The notes under the pieces were generated by a model. That model saw only the letters and a list, made by a program, of their open reading frames with translations, was not told the origin of the DNA and ran no database searches. A stretch of 64,000 bases of DNA from positions 12,609,950 through 12,673,949 of the forward strand of contig NC_134026.1 in assembly GCF_964204645.1 (NCBI RefSeq), read 5' to 3'. A program made the position numbers and the translations under genes. Position 1 is the stretch's first letter. Every line of letters starts with the position of its first letter. Below are positions 37,480-49,600 of this stretch, piece after piece. The stretch comes from Tubulanus polymorphus. Taxonomy: Eukaryota; Animalia; Nemertea.

Positions 37480-38724
37480 ATGAGTGGGAGTTATATAAGT
37501 CCTTCTAAGATTTCTAGAATATCTAATGCTATTAAAGCAGAAAGATCACATCGTATAATTACTCATAACCCTTCAAATATTAATCCCGATGAAACTTTAT
37601 ATGTTAGAATTCCTAGATTAACACAAAATACTTTTTATGTTCCAAATAGTATTTATTTATCAGCCGATATAAAAGTAACTGGCCATGATAACAATTATGT
37701 TGTTGATAATGTTGGAAGATATTTGATTAAAAAATTAACAATAAAGATTGGTCCAGAAACAGTTTTCTCATTAGATGATTATAATTTATTTATGCATTAT
37801 AAAGATTTATGGTTAACTAAAGAAAATAGAAATAATATGATATTTCAAGGTATTCAATCGGAAAACCATAATAAATTAAGATCAGGAGCTAATGAAGCAA
37901 TAGTAACTCGTGCCACAGATAATTTGATTAAAAAGATTTATGGAAGCAAATATAAAATTCCATTAGATTTTGAATTGATAAATAATAATGCACCTTTATA
38001 TAAATACGCAATTCAAGAAGATATTATATTTGAGATAACATTTGCTCCTGTAAATGAAATTGTATTATCTAGCGTTGTTAAAGATATGGGTTATAAATTA
38101 TCGAATATATGTTTAGAATATAACACAGTAACTAATGAAAATATTGCTAGCACAATTCAAACTCAATACAATCAAGGATTTTCATTATTATATGATTATA
38201 TTGATAAATTTAAAACCGTAACTATTAATGCAAATGATGAAATAATTAATGAGAATATTAACTTCCCAAGAAGATCCATTAAAGGTATATTAATATTTTA
38301 TACCATTGCAACATATTCTAATGGCGCAATAAAGGTAGATAATTATCATAATCCTGAAATAACAAAAGTAGAAATAACTATCGAAGGAATAGCAAATAAA
38401 ATATTTTGTCAAGGAATGAGAATGATTGATCAATGGCCAGAAATTAGAAAACATTTTATGAATGAAAAAGTAAAATCATTTGAAAATTGTAATATTAATC
38501 AAATTGATTATTATACCGGCAATAAATATGCATTATGGTTAGATTTTAGAACAGAGGATAATTCATTACATGGTTCTGGGAAAAAACTACAGAACACTAA
38601 AGATGGAATACAATTATTCATGAAAAAGAAAAAAGGAAGCTTAAATTTTAAAATGCACATTTATATTATATCTGACGCACAATTAAATATTGTAAATTCA
38701 CAATTAGATAGTATTCAATATTAG
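37480..38724 (+). CDS. Major capsid protein (double jelly-roll, hexon-like), 414 aa
   Basis: Size, beta-rich composition, THNPSNINPDETLYVRIPRL, YALWLDFRT..LHGSG, position next to integrase and ATPase. Confidence 0.8.
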   Translation: MSGSYISPSKISRISNAIKAERSHRIITHNPSNINPDETLYVRIPRLTQNTFYVPNSIYLSADIKVTGHDNNYVVDNVGRYLIKKLTIKIGPETVFSLDDYNLFMHYKDLWLTKENRNNMIFQGIQSENHNKLRSGANEAIVTRATDNLIKKIYGSKYKIPLDFELINNNAPLYKYAIQEDIIFEITFAPVNEIVLSSVVKDMGYKLSNICLEYNTVTNENIASTIQTQYNQGFSLLYDYIDKFKTVTINANDEIINENINFPRRSIKGILIFYTIATYSNGAIKVDNYHNPEITKVEITIEGIANKIFCQGMRMIDQWPEIRKHFMNEKVKSFENCNINQIDYYTGNKYALWLDFRTEDNSLHGSGKKLQNTKDGIQLFMKKKKGSLNFKMHIYIISDAQLNIVNSQLDSIQY

Positions 38725-38754
38725 AAATATAAAGTTAAAATTAAGGATATATAA

Positions 38755-39882
38755 ATGGGTGGTAAAAAAACTCCTAATACTAAAGAACAATATTTAAGAA
38801 ATTTATATTACAACCGTGAGAGTTCGGTTGCTTATTCTTCTACTAAAAATATATGGCGTAAAGTAAAACAAGATAAATTAGATAAGATAATCCCACAAAA
38901 TTTAGTTAAATATAAAGGTATAAATGAATTTATGTTAGAACAACCAACATACACAACACATAAAAAAATTGTTAGAAAATATAAAACTCGTAAAACTATG
39001 GTAAGTTATGTAGATCAACAGTGGCAAGGAGATTTAATTGATATGAAAAATGTTAAGAAAGATAATGATGATTATTGGTGGTTATTGAATATAATTGATA
39101 TTTTTAGTCGTTATGTATGGAGCTTCCCACTTTATAGAAAAGATGCTGTACAAACATCAAATGTTTTAAGAAAATTTCTTTGGGATGATAAACTAAAACC
39201 AGAAAAAATACAATTTGATGATGGAAAAGAGTTTGATAATTCACTTGTTCATGAACTCTTAGATAATCATAATATTAAATATTTTTCAACAAAATCGGAT
39301 AAAAAAGCGGCAGTTGTTGAACGATTTAATAGAACATTAAGAACAAGAATGTGGAAATATTTTACAGCAAATAATACTTTTAAATGGATTGATGTTTTAC
39401 CAAAATTGATAGAAGGATATAATAATTCTTATCATTCTTCTATTGGAATGAAACCTATTGATGCTAGAAAACCTGAAAATGCTGAAATTGTTTGGAATAA
39501 TTTATATGGAGCATTTCTTGTAGATGATTTTGGTGAACCTAAATTTAAAGTTGGTCAAAATGTTAGAATTTCTAAGTATAAAAAGATATTTGATAAAGGA
39601 TACGATCGAAATTTTACTAGAGAAATATATAAAATAAAAAAGGTAATAACAACAAAACCATATGTCTATAAATTAGAAGATTTAGATGGTGAAGAAGTTG
39701 ATGGCTACTTTTACGAAGAAGAATTAAGTTTAACTACTGAAAATCTACAACAAGAATATAAAATTGAAAAAGTATTAAAAACAAAAACTATTAAAAGAAA
39801 AAAATATTCTTTAGTAAAATGGGTTGGATGGCCAGATAAATTCAATGAATGGATATTATCAAGTAAAATTAAAAATATATAA
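38755..39882 (+). CDS. int: rve/DDE integrase with C-terminal chromodomain (375 aa)
   Basis: QWQGDLIDM, IDIFSRY, FDDGKEF, KAAVVERFNRTL; YKIEKVL..LVKWVGWPDKFNEWI. Confidence 0.95.
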   Translation: MGGKKTPNTKEQYLRNLYYNRESSVAYSSTKNIWRKVKQDKLDKIIPQNLVKYKGINEFMLEQPTYTTHKKIVRKYKTRKTMVSYVDQQWQGDLIDMKNVKKDNDDYWWLLNIIDIFSRYVWSFPLYRKDAVQTSNVLRKFLWDDKLKPEKIQFDDGKEFDNSLVHELLDNHNIKYFSTKSDKKAAVVERFNRTLRTRMWKYFTANNTFKWIDVLPKLIEGYNNSYHSSIGMKPIDARKPENAEIVWNNLYGAFLVDDFGEPKFKVGQNVRISKYKKIFDKGYDRNFTREIYKIKKVITTKPYVYKLEDLDGEEVDGYFYEEELSLTTENLQQEYKIEKVLKTKTIKRKKYSLVKWVGWPDKFNEWILSSKIKNI

Positions 39883-40491
39883 ATGAATAAGGAATTATTC
39901 ATATTTGAGCCTCATAATATGTTAATTTCTGGTGTAACAAATTGTGGAAAAACTTATTTTATATTAAATTTATTAGAAACTGTTTATGAAAACTATTTTG
40001 ATAATATAGTATTATTTTGTCCAACATATGAATTTAATCAAACTTATGATAGAAATATTACTAGGAATAATAAATTTATTATATTTGATCCTAAAACAGT
40101 AAAAGAAAATTTAGATAATTGTATTAAAATAGCAATTGATATTTATAAAGGATCAAATACATTATTCATTATAGATGATTGTGCTAATCTACATGATTCA
40201 AAAGTTAGAGAAAGTGAGTTATGCTATTTAGCTTTCTCTGGGAGACATTTTGGGATAACAACATGGGTTTTAAATCAAAAATATAATTCAATTGTTAAAG
40301 ACTTTAGAGAAAACATTAGATTTCTAGTTTTATTCTACAATAAAGATAGAAAATCGATGAAAAATGCACTTGAGGAAAATGATATTATTCCGCATGATTT
40401 ACATAATGAATATATGGATAAGTTGAAAAATATTAAAAGATCAAAATTACTATTTAGATTACAACACCCATTTAAATATGAATTTATTTAA
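39883..40491 (+). CDS. A32/FtsK-like packaging ATPase (202 aa)
   Basis: Walker A GVTNCGKT, Walker B LFIIDD, GRHFGIT..LNQ. Confidence 0.92.
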   Translation: MNKELFIFEPHNMLISGVTNCGKTYFILNLLETVYENYFDNIVLFCPTYEFNQTYDRNITRNNKFIIFDPKTVKENLDNCIKIAIDIYKGSNTLFIIDDCANLHDSKVRESELCYLAFSGRHFGITTWVLNQKYNSIVKDFRENIRFLVLFYNKDRKSMKNALEENDIIPHDLHNEYMDKLKNIKRSKLLFRLQHPFKYEFI

Positions 40492-40494
40492 ATT

Positions 40495-40745
40495 CAATTA
40501 GTTTGTTAATCTAGTTGAATTCTAGTTATTAGTAATTGTAACAAAAATCAAATAGATTTAACAATATTTTAACTAGCTTGTTAATCTAGTTTAATTCTAG
40601 TTACATTCTAGTTGAATTCTAGTTGTTAGTAGTTGAAACAAAAATCAACTAGATTTAACTAGAAATAAACAAAAACAACAATATTTCAACTAGTTTGTTA
40701 ATATAGTTGAATTCTAGTTACATTCTAGTTAAATTCTAGTTGCAA
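40495..40745. repeat. Intergenic cluster of direct and inverted (AATT)CTAGTT motifs
   Basis: aattctagtt/aactagattt repeated; blocks of about 110 bp recur. Confidence 0.8.
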
Positions 40746-40775
40746 CATCACACAATTAATTTTTTTGTTTTATAA

Positions 40776-41383
40776 ATGGGAGGTGAAAAGAAAATAAAAT
40801 CTAAAAATGGTGATGTTCCAATTGAAAAAACTTTAGATGATTTAGGAATAACAGAAAACAAATTAATTCCAGATGATGGTGTTTTAAGTAATGTTACAAC
40901 AAATAATAATTATGAATATTATCTTTATTGCAAACATCAATTAGAAATATTAATAGCATCTGGAAAATGTAAAAAATTTGTTGATAAAAATTTAACTTAT
41001 AATGAATTAGATACAATGAAATCAGTTGAAATTATTAGATTATTTAAGATTTATGAAGCCGCCAGAACAGCTAAAATTAATGACGCGATATCAGAAAATG
41101 TAGTAAAAGGTAAAAAGGTAAATTATGTAATTATATACTACCAATTGAAAATGAAAATAGATTATATTCCGATTTAAAAAATGACTATTTAGTTATGACT
41201 GAATTAAATAAATGGATTGGATATTTATCATTTCAATTAGGTGGATTTATGACATTATTATCAACCGGGGTTATAACATTTTCAAATATTGAAAGTAAAA
41301 ATATTTCTATAATAAATGAGCGAAGTGAAAGAAGTGAAGGAATTAACTGTGAAGAAAAAACCGAGAACTCAGAAACAAATTGA
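40776..41383 (+). pseudogene. Polinton hypothetical protein, frameshifted near 41110
   Basis: ORF 40776-41177 continues in another frame into 41195-41383. Confidence 0.6.
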
Positions 41384-41684
41384 ATGGTCTCGGCAATTAG
41401 GAATTAAATCACAAGAATATAAAAAAGCTGTAAAAGAAAAAATAAGTAATAAAAATGTTAATAAAAATAGTGAAAATATTGTTATTTCTACTCCTTCTGA
41501 TAATAGAATGTTTGATAAATATCTATATTTTACAGTTGGATTTGTAATTGTATTCATTTTGATTGGGTGTAATTGGTATAAGAAATCAAATAAAATTCAT
41601 GATATTAGTAATTCTGAACCAACTGCTATCAAAAATGAAAGTACTTCTGAAATTCCAAAATTGATAATTAAAAAAATGGATTAA
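41316..41684 (+). CDS. Basic single-TM protein (122 aa)
   Basis: KKKPRTQKQIEWSRQLG; TM YLYFTVGFVIVFILIG. Confidence 0.7.
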   Translation: MSEVKEVKELTVKKKPRTQKQIEWSRQLGIKSQEYKKAVKEKISNKNVNKNSENIVISTPSDNRMFDKYLYFTVGFVIVFILIGCNWYKKSNKIHDISNSEPTAIKNESTSEIPKLIIKKMD

Positions 41685-42780
41685 TATTTTAGAAAAAAAG
41701 CAAAAAAAAATAATTTTTTTAATTAATTGAATATTAATTGAATATCTCACTACTTTTGTCTATCTATGCGGAGCGATTAAATTGTCCAGATAAGTCATTT
41801 CGGATTCTAGATATTCATTATTTTTATTAATTTATTTTGTTTTTACTTGAATATTGTATTACAGTCGTTTCTTATTATTAGTTTTTTCTTAAATTGAAAG
41901 ATGGCAGCACTGGGTGGGGTGTGATGCTAAAATGAATATTTAAATTTGAATTTGAATTTGTTAATCAATTAACATGGTAATAGATTACTAATTTGATTAA
42001 AAATTATATCATAATTAAGTTAAAAATCCATAATTCATTTATCAGTTTTCATTCTTATATTCTTTTCATTCGGAATAATTTATAATTTCAAATTTCACAT
42101 ATTTTTTTAGCACCAGCAACATTTACTTAGGTGTTTTAGCTAAGTATATAAGGTAATTCATTCAACCACTGGAGTAGCTCTGGCCAGCAGAGGCATTTTG
42201 AAAATGCACCTTCGTCCACTCTCCGGGTTTCTCCTTCGGTTTCGAATTTCGAGATTGGTAGAAATTACATTAGGCGCCTTTAATATAATGTGATTTCTAC
42301 CAATCATTGAAGGAGATCCCGGTTGACGTGGGTCGCCAGGGGTGTAAGTAGAAATGACGGGGGATAAGCGTCCCGTGGCGCCTTTCAATAATGGGATGCT
42401 TATCCCCTGAAAACTCTGTAGGTCGAGGATAGGGCAATTTCGCTAAAACTTACCGTAAAAACATTGAAATATTCCTTTTAATCACGAGAGAATGATGACT
42501 ATCCTTCGTCACGGCCGATCTAATTTAAATAAACCTCGCTTTCAGCAACCAATGAAAACGTGGTGGTTCAATACCGGCTAACTGGCTTGTGTGTGTTGTA
42601 TGTACTGCGTGCTTATTATATAACAACAACGTTGCGCAACACCTGTTTGATCGATCAATATTCAAATGAAGCACTCTCTTATAATAACATGTAACAGATG
42701 TTTGACTGTATGATTGTAGTTGTTTATAAAACGACTAAGGTCATTTTGGATTCTAGATATTCATTATTTTTATTTTTTAT

Positions 42781-43107
42781 TCAATCAACAATTTCTAAAT
42801 CATGATGACCGTCTTCATTTTTCCCATGATATATTATTTTAAATCCTACTAAATCTTTCAATTCCTCTGTACTCAATGAAACCCATTTATCGGGTAAAAA
42901 CACTTTAAATTCTCGTGATGTACTAACATTACAGTAGCTTAAATTAGCTGATACTTTCTCTCCATATTTAGTTTTTATCTTTTCTAATTTCAATATTTTA
43001 TGTTCAATTTCTTTTGTAACATCAACTAACTTTTTTATTTCAAATTGTTTTTTTGTTGGTTTAATTCTGTTATTTATTGTTGCTAAGAATGCTTTTCTAT
43101 CTCCCAT
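42781..43107 (-). CDS. Paralog of the 22909-23262 protein (108 aa)
   Basis: KKL, KYG, F..LPD+..LS, Y.GKNE.GHH shared; same T-run plus ATAAATG start. Confidence 0.75.
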   Translation of the reverse strand: MGDRKAFLATINNRIKPTKKQFEIKKLVDVTKEIEHKILKLEKIKTKYGEKVSANLSYCNVSTSREFKVFLPDKWVSLSTEELKDLVGFKIIYHGKNEDGHHDLEIVD

Positions 43108-43558
43108 TTATTAGGAAAAAAAATTACTTGTGCTGATGAGTGGTGTCTCGCCCTCTCGCCCTCTGATCTGAAAGCCTACTTTCCCAATTACTCCTACGTC
43201 AAGACGGACGTAATACTTCGCGATTGCTTAACCCCCTCTCATCTACCACATAACTAACCTGCAAAATTGCGATAGAATAACCTTTTTCGACCATTAAATC
43301 AGAAATCTGGAGACGCTATGTTGGAGGGAATAATCGAAACATTAGTAAGAGTCATATTCAGCTGTGTAATGTTTTACGGGAACGGAGTTTCAATTTTAGA
43401 AGCCCTCGTCTATCAAGACAAGACTCAAACTGACTAAAATAACTGGATATGGACGTATGAGCGTATGAACAGTGAATGCAATAGCCCGTCTGCACCAGTC
43501 CCAGGTGGATTAAAACTTAAATAGAATAGCCCTTTGGCAGGGTAGAAATGACAGTTAA

Positions 43559-44765
43559 AGGGGTCATGAAGAGGTTTTGAATAAAATTTTAAAAAATTAA
43601 TTTTTTTGTATAAAACATGCACCGTATGCATCTATAGTATTCTCGTGGAAAAATTTTTTTAATATCTTTATCCAAACTCGAGAAAAGCCCGTAGCAACAG
43701 GACGCTCGCGTTTGCGCGGTGATGTCATTTTGAGAACACATCGCCTGCAGGACACTCAGAAGCGTTAAAATACAATGCTCAGTTTCGTTGAATATTGCGC
43801 TAATTTTACCGTCTTTTGAAATGCCTTTGCTGTGTGAAGCTATGAACTGTTCCCACAAAGGCAGCAACAAATCTTAGTGGCCAAAACCAAAGATTTGGCC
43901 CTAAGATGATGGACCGTAAGGGCGAAAACACCCGCCGTATGTGTAAACTAGCTTCACACTTTAGAGAAGGATTCTTGCAAATATTACAGCACACATAATC
44001 TTGGATACACAAAACTTATGTTTTTATTATCCGAGAGCCTTTTATTCTGCCAAGTGACGTGATTTGCAAATTCAATACCTAGTAAGAGATATGCGCTTTC
44101 CACTGCATATAGTACTGGCTTTCCCCAGTGACCCACATCGCTGTAGTATGTACAACATACTGACTGTATGTATGCAGCACACATTACTTTTACACGGGAT
44201 CGCGCAGGCTGGGCTGGGATTCACGAACAAGTTTACGGTTTCAGGACGCTTTTATGGTCCAGTACTGGATAAAACTTTCTCTGCCCACAGAAATATCTGC
44301 GATGTCTATATCAGTCATCCCCTCCGTGTGGTTTTTACAGAGAGGGAATGACTTAATTGATGATGAATGCTCGCTACTCCACGGCGTAGAAATATGCTGT
44401 ACTATAGTCATAAATTGCTTCGTTCTGAGGCGTCAGGTCCAAATTAAATGGAATGATTTTGACTGTCTATTAATAACAACTGTTGGCTTCCTTAACTCCA
44501 GACGTTTGATTGGAATCTGATGTATTTGAGTCACTATTTTGCACTTTAATCGCAGTTTGTTTCTATACACTACACCATGTTGTTTTGGTTGAATGATGTC
44601 ACACTTTCAGGTTGCAAAGGAATCAGCGCGGCCGATTAAAAGTCTTGTTTTAACACTAACTGAAGAATTAAAAATTAATTTCTTGACCACTAAATCAATC
44701 AATAGGTCACAACTGATGATAAAAAATACTTTTAGCCATATCTCAAAAACAACTTCATGACCCCT
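43559..44765. mobile_element. Kolobok-like non-autonomous element
   Basis: TTAA|AGGGGTCATGAAG..CTTCATGACCCCT|TTAA (TTAA TSD, purine start). Confidence 0.8.
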
Positions 44766-45334
44766 TTAACCTTTTGTCATGACTTCTGCATTGCTAAGTC
44801 ATACAAACACAACTTTCAGATATTTTCATTTATTTCGGTGGGCTCGACAACTATATCATTGAGGTTTTTCAATCGACAACTTAACATTATCACATCTACT
44901 TCATGATTACATAAAACTCTAACAATCAATCCTATGATTCATACAGTGATACTTTTCGATGTATATAGAAATTACATAGATACTGCAATGCAAATGTGTA
45001 AGTTCAAATTTATGCAGCCATCATTGAAATTCTTGTCACCCTCCTGCATAGGCTTTTAACTTTCGGGTTTTTCAGGAATTCAACAGTAATTCAGTCAAGA
45101 ATTCAACAGTATTTCACAAAGGTTGTCTACTACAGAAATACTACTAATGTTCAACAAATGATGATATCCCTTTAAAAGGCATTCAGGGATCATTCAAATA
45201 TGCCAAAATAGCATGACCTGAGGAATTCAACATTCATTTGACATTTTTCAATATGTGTGAGCAACATTGTTTCCCTAATTTCTATTGCTGTTAATTGTTG
45301 TTAGGTGTGAGACATCTCAGTTGCTTTCCAAATC

Positions 45335-45925
45335 AGCCTAGGTACCAATCAAATATTCTACTATTCAACGCCCCCTTGTGACTATATAGAATAACTAATG
45401 TCCTTAACTTCACCACAATCATAGACGATGTCATGAGCTACAATTTTGCAATTGACTGTGGTAACACAATATGCTCAGGTATCAATATAATGTGGAAAAA
45501 CTTTTTCCACCTACAAATGAGTACTGATGACGCCAATTGCGTCATAATTGGCTGATCAAAAATACCTGTCTCTGGTCTAAACCATCCCTTTCCAAAGAAT
45601 ACCCATTATAAATTGCAATGAGAAATGGCAAACCAGGAAGAAGCTGCAGGACTCGGAATATGGGCCAAAATTGACATTTTGGGCATTAAAAAGGTCATAG
45701 GAAGGCCATCTTGAGTCCGATCGACGCAATTTTTCTTATGCTGATGGACCCTTTGGGGATTCTAATATATATATAAGATGAAGGTAATTTATAAAAGCGT
45801 CTTCAAAATTTCCCTCAAAAAGTTCAAAAATGTGTAAAAAGTGTTGATTTTGATGAACAACAATGGCTGTCAGTCGGCCATCTTGATTCTGACAGGGCCA
45901 GTTTTTGGGCTGAAGATCCGTGTAA
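45335..45925 (-). mobile_element. HINE family 2 internal fragment
   Basis: Similar to about 47990-48610. Confidence 0.8.
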
Positions 45926-46276
45926 CATTCAACTGAGTTTCAAAATGAAGTGAACTTAAAACGTGAGTAATCTGGGTCTCATTCGATCCGGTGAACAATC
46001 AGAACGAAAGATATACGATGTCAAGTTATGATAGAAAGAATCGCATTACTGTTGAATGCCTATGCAGGGGATGACAGGAATTTCAATGACACCTGCATTA
46101 ATGCAACTGGATCCATATGTCTAGTTTGTATCTAAAAAAATGACTCTAGATAAAATAAGTTCATTTCCATTGTTTTAAAATAGGAAAACAATTTCAAACT
46201 AGAAGTGTGGCACTAGGTCCTGATATCTAATTTAAATTAAAACAACCATATATGCTAACGTCTTTTTAAAAATTGG

Positions 46277-46743
46277 TCAAAGTTGCACTGAGTCTTCTTC
46301 AGTTCTATTGCCATCTAGCCCAGAATCTTTGATATATCTATCAGTGAGCATATTCGATTCAGACGTGACACTTCCTGTCTCCTCTTTATCATCATCTCGT
46401 GTCATGGATATATTGAAATCAACGGATGGTGTGAAGCTTTCACTACGGTTACGGTCTCCAGTTTCTGAATGACCATCAACACTTCCACAGTGGTGCTGCA
46501 TAGAACTCACTTTAGCCCATTCCTTTGAAAAGGGGTCATATTCATTGTGTTTAGAGCTTCGTTCCATGAGTGTAGCTTTCCGCGCTGCGATATAATGAGC
46601 CCGCTTTATTTTCATATACTGCACATCACTCAAAGCTTTGACTGTAAAATCTGGTGTATATGTTGGTTGTTTGGCGTAGAACCCGGGTCCTAGACTTGAT
46701 ATACTACTACAACTATTCGCTCGAGCCAATGGAGAAGGAAGTG
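46277..46743 (-). CDS. CNNM: Terminal coding exon of a host CNNM/unextended-family metal transporter
   Basis: YTPDFTVKALSDVQYMKIKRAHYIAARKATLMER; acceptor atttcag at 46744 is in phase with the donor at 52254. Confidence 0.85.
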
Positions 46744-47193
46744 CTGAAATTGTGGAAGACATTATAAGACATAAGATTATTCTCTTACTGAAAACATATA
46801 CATGTACATGTACTCATAAGTATTTCATAACAAATAAACAAAGAAAATAAGATGACCATCTGATCGATTCATATTTCATACTGTTAAAAGCTTACATGTC
46901 ATATCTTAGTCATATCTAACTGTCAATGAAAGGCTATAACCAGGAAGAAACACACTCTAAATATTTGGATGGATATATGAAAGCTGTGGGTACTGGAGTT
47001 TGTAATGGGTAGTGTAGTGTGATCTGTGTGCATTTGTGGCCAGCACACAGATCACATTGTTCAATGGGGTTTGGTCCAGGACTCGCGAGATTTTCAACAA
47101 CACGGAAGTAACGTGTAATAAATGATGACTTGAATTGCATGACTACCTACCACCCCTCATCATTGTTGGAAAACTAAACGTTCCGCAATGACT

Positions 47194-48770
47194 AACTAGG
47201 GGTCCAGGGACACCATGCCCACTTGGGAAATGGTTTCAAATGCTCAACAATCTAACAATTTCAATATTCAACGTCCCCTGGTGACCATTTACAAAAACCA
47301 ATGACCTTAAAACTCACCACAATCATAGAACATGTCAGCAGCTACGATTTTGTAATTGATTGTGATAACAAAATATGCCTCGTTACCAATTTAATATGGA
47401 AATACTAAGTCATTCTACTATTCAACGCCCCCTGGTGACCATATTCAAAACCCAATGACCTCGAAACTCACCACAATCATAGAACATGTCATGAACTTCA
47501 ACTTTGCAATTGATCATGGTAACAAAATATGCCTAGGTACCAATATAATAAGGAAATACTAAGTCATTCTACTATTCAACGCCCCCTGGTGACCATATTC
47601 AAAACCCAATGACCTCGAGACTCACCACAATCATAGAACATGTCATGAACTACAACTTTGCAATTGTTCATGGTAACAAAATATGCCTAGGTACCAATAT
47701 AATAAGGAAATACTAAGTCATTCTACTATTCAACGCCCCCTGGTGACCATATTCAAAACCCAATGACCTCGAGACTCACCACAATCATAGAACATGTCAT
47801 GAACTACAACTTTGCAATTGATCATGGGAACAAAATATGCCTAGGTACCAATATAATAAGGAAATACTAAGTTATTCTACTATTCAACGCCCCCTGGTGA
47901 CCATATAGAAAAACTTATGTCCTTAAAACTCGCAACAATCATAGATGATGTCATGAGCTACAACTTTCCAATTGATTGTGGTCACAAAATAGTCATAGGT
48001 ACGAATATAATAAAGAAATGCTAAGATATTGTATTATTCAACGCCCCCTGGTGGCCATATACGAAATCCAATTACCTTGAAACTCACCACAATCATAGAA
48101 CACGTTATGAGCTACAACTTTCTAATTGATTGTGGTAGCAAAATACGCTTAGGTATCAATATAATGTGGAAAAACTTTTTCCCACTTACGAATGAGTACT
48201 GGTTACACCAAGATGGCCGCCAATTGCGTCATAATTGGCTGATGAAAAATACCTGTCTCAGGTATAAAACATCCCTTTCCAAAGAACACCCATCACAAAT
48301 TGTAATGAGAAATGGCAAACCAGTAGGAAGCTACAGACTCAGAATTCGGGCCAAAATTAACATTTTTGGGCACTAAAAAGGTCATAGGACGGCCATCTTG
48401 AGTCCGACCGACCCAATTTTTGTTATGTTGATGGGCCCTGGGGGGATTCACATATGTCCGAAAGATCAAGGTAATTGATCAAAGCGTCTTCAAAATTTCC
48501 GCCAAAAAATTCAAAAATGTGTAAAAAGTGCTGATTTTGGCGAACAACAATGGCTGCCAGTCGGCCATCTTGATTCTGACAGGGCCAGTTTTAGGGCTGA
48601 AGATGTGTCTAGGGTAGATACATGTGTAACCCAAATATCAAGACGTTACCTTGAAGCGTCTTTAAAACTTCCCATAATAACTGGATTCCGTCTACGGACG
48701 GACGGACGGACGACGGACGAAAAGTGAACGCAATAGCCCGCTGGGACTAAAGTCCCAAGTGGGCTAAAAA
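47194..48770 (-). mobile_element. Complete HINE family 2 element (DINE-1/pearl-like) with central 121-bp tandem repeats
   Basis: On the minus strand: 5' TTTTAGCCCACTTGGGACTTTAGTCCCA hairpin, (GTCC)n, about 7 repeats, 3' CCCAAGTGGGC plus hairpin plus CTAGTT. Confidence 0.88.
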
Positions 48771-49374
48771 TTAGTAATAACATTTTAGAAATAGCCAGAA
48801 TTTTAACTTAGCTTTTATCTTATTTTTATTTTACAATTGCGATTGGTATAATTTTTTTTTAAACGGCCGTTAAGGAGTCATGTTTCGTCTGCAATTCACT
48901 GCAAATAGTTACGCAACTATGCACATTTCAGTGTTTTTGGCAGCTGTACACTCGATCGGCACCATTCGTGACTAGCTTCACTGCGGAATTATCATTAATT
49001 AACATCGCCATATCACATCATCAACTTATATTGTGCCTTAAAACCCTAACAGCCGAAATAATTGAAATGCACACACGATTTCTATCATTGAAAATTGAGA
49101 GAGTAGCCATGTTTGTTTTTGCTGCTTCGCGTAAATCCCGCACGGTGGCGGAACCGCGCGGAGTGGGGCCGATACGTCCAGTATGTGACCATGCTGGTCA
49201 TTTATTGATACAATCAATCCAATCACCCACGCAGATTAGGGACAAGGAAGTGCATGAATCTTAGTATTATTAACCATGAACTCAGATTATTTTTCAAATG
49301 TTTGTTTGTTTTGTATGTATAAGGGTACATGTCAAATTTCTAAGAGTGCAGGTTGATTCCAGAAAAGAGGCCAT

Positions 49375-49600
49375 GGCCCGGTTTCACAAACGGAGATTCT
49401 AATTTGGGTTAGAGCCTCTAAAAGCCTCTAATTTGGGTTAGTTTGCTAATCCAAATTATAATTTTGAGGTTAATTTTCAATGGTCGTTTCACAAAAAAAT
49501 GAGTTAACGGTAATTCGAATAAGTCTAACCCGAAAATCTAATCCTGCTACAGAGCAGGATTAAATCGGCTAAATCGAATTAGTTACAACGAGAATGGGCT
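49375..49600 (+). mobile_element. Left end of a Harbinger-like MITE related to 56776-57661
   Basis: GGCCCGGTTTCACAAA start and an internal gtttcacaaaa repeat. Confidence 0.45.

Larger units (their letters stand above)
18435..41700 (+). mobile_element. Polinton/Maverick (adintovirus-like) endogenous element, decayed and interrupted by a 9-kb insertion; right boundary uncertain
   Basis: Intronless, very AT-rich, co-oriented pPolB, capsids, integrase and A32 ATPase. Confidence 0.93.

Noticed and set aside
41740-41760. CTCACTACT as the Polinton right terminus
   Set aside because: No extended inverted match to the left end and no 6-bp TSD.
43434-44520. Overlapping short ORFs on both strands
   Set aside because: Mostly inside a Kolobok-like MITE; no recognisable motifs.
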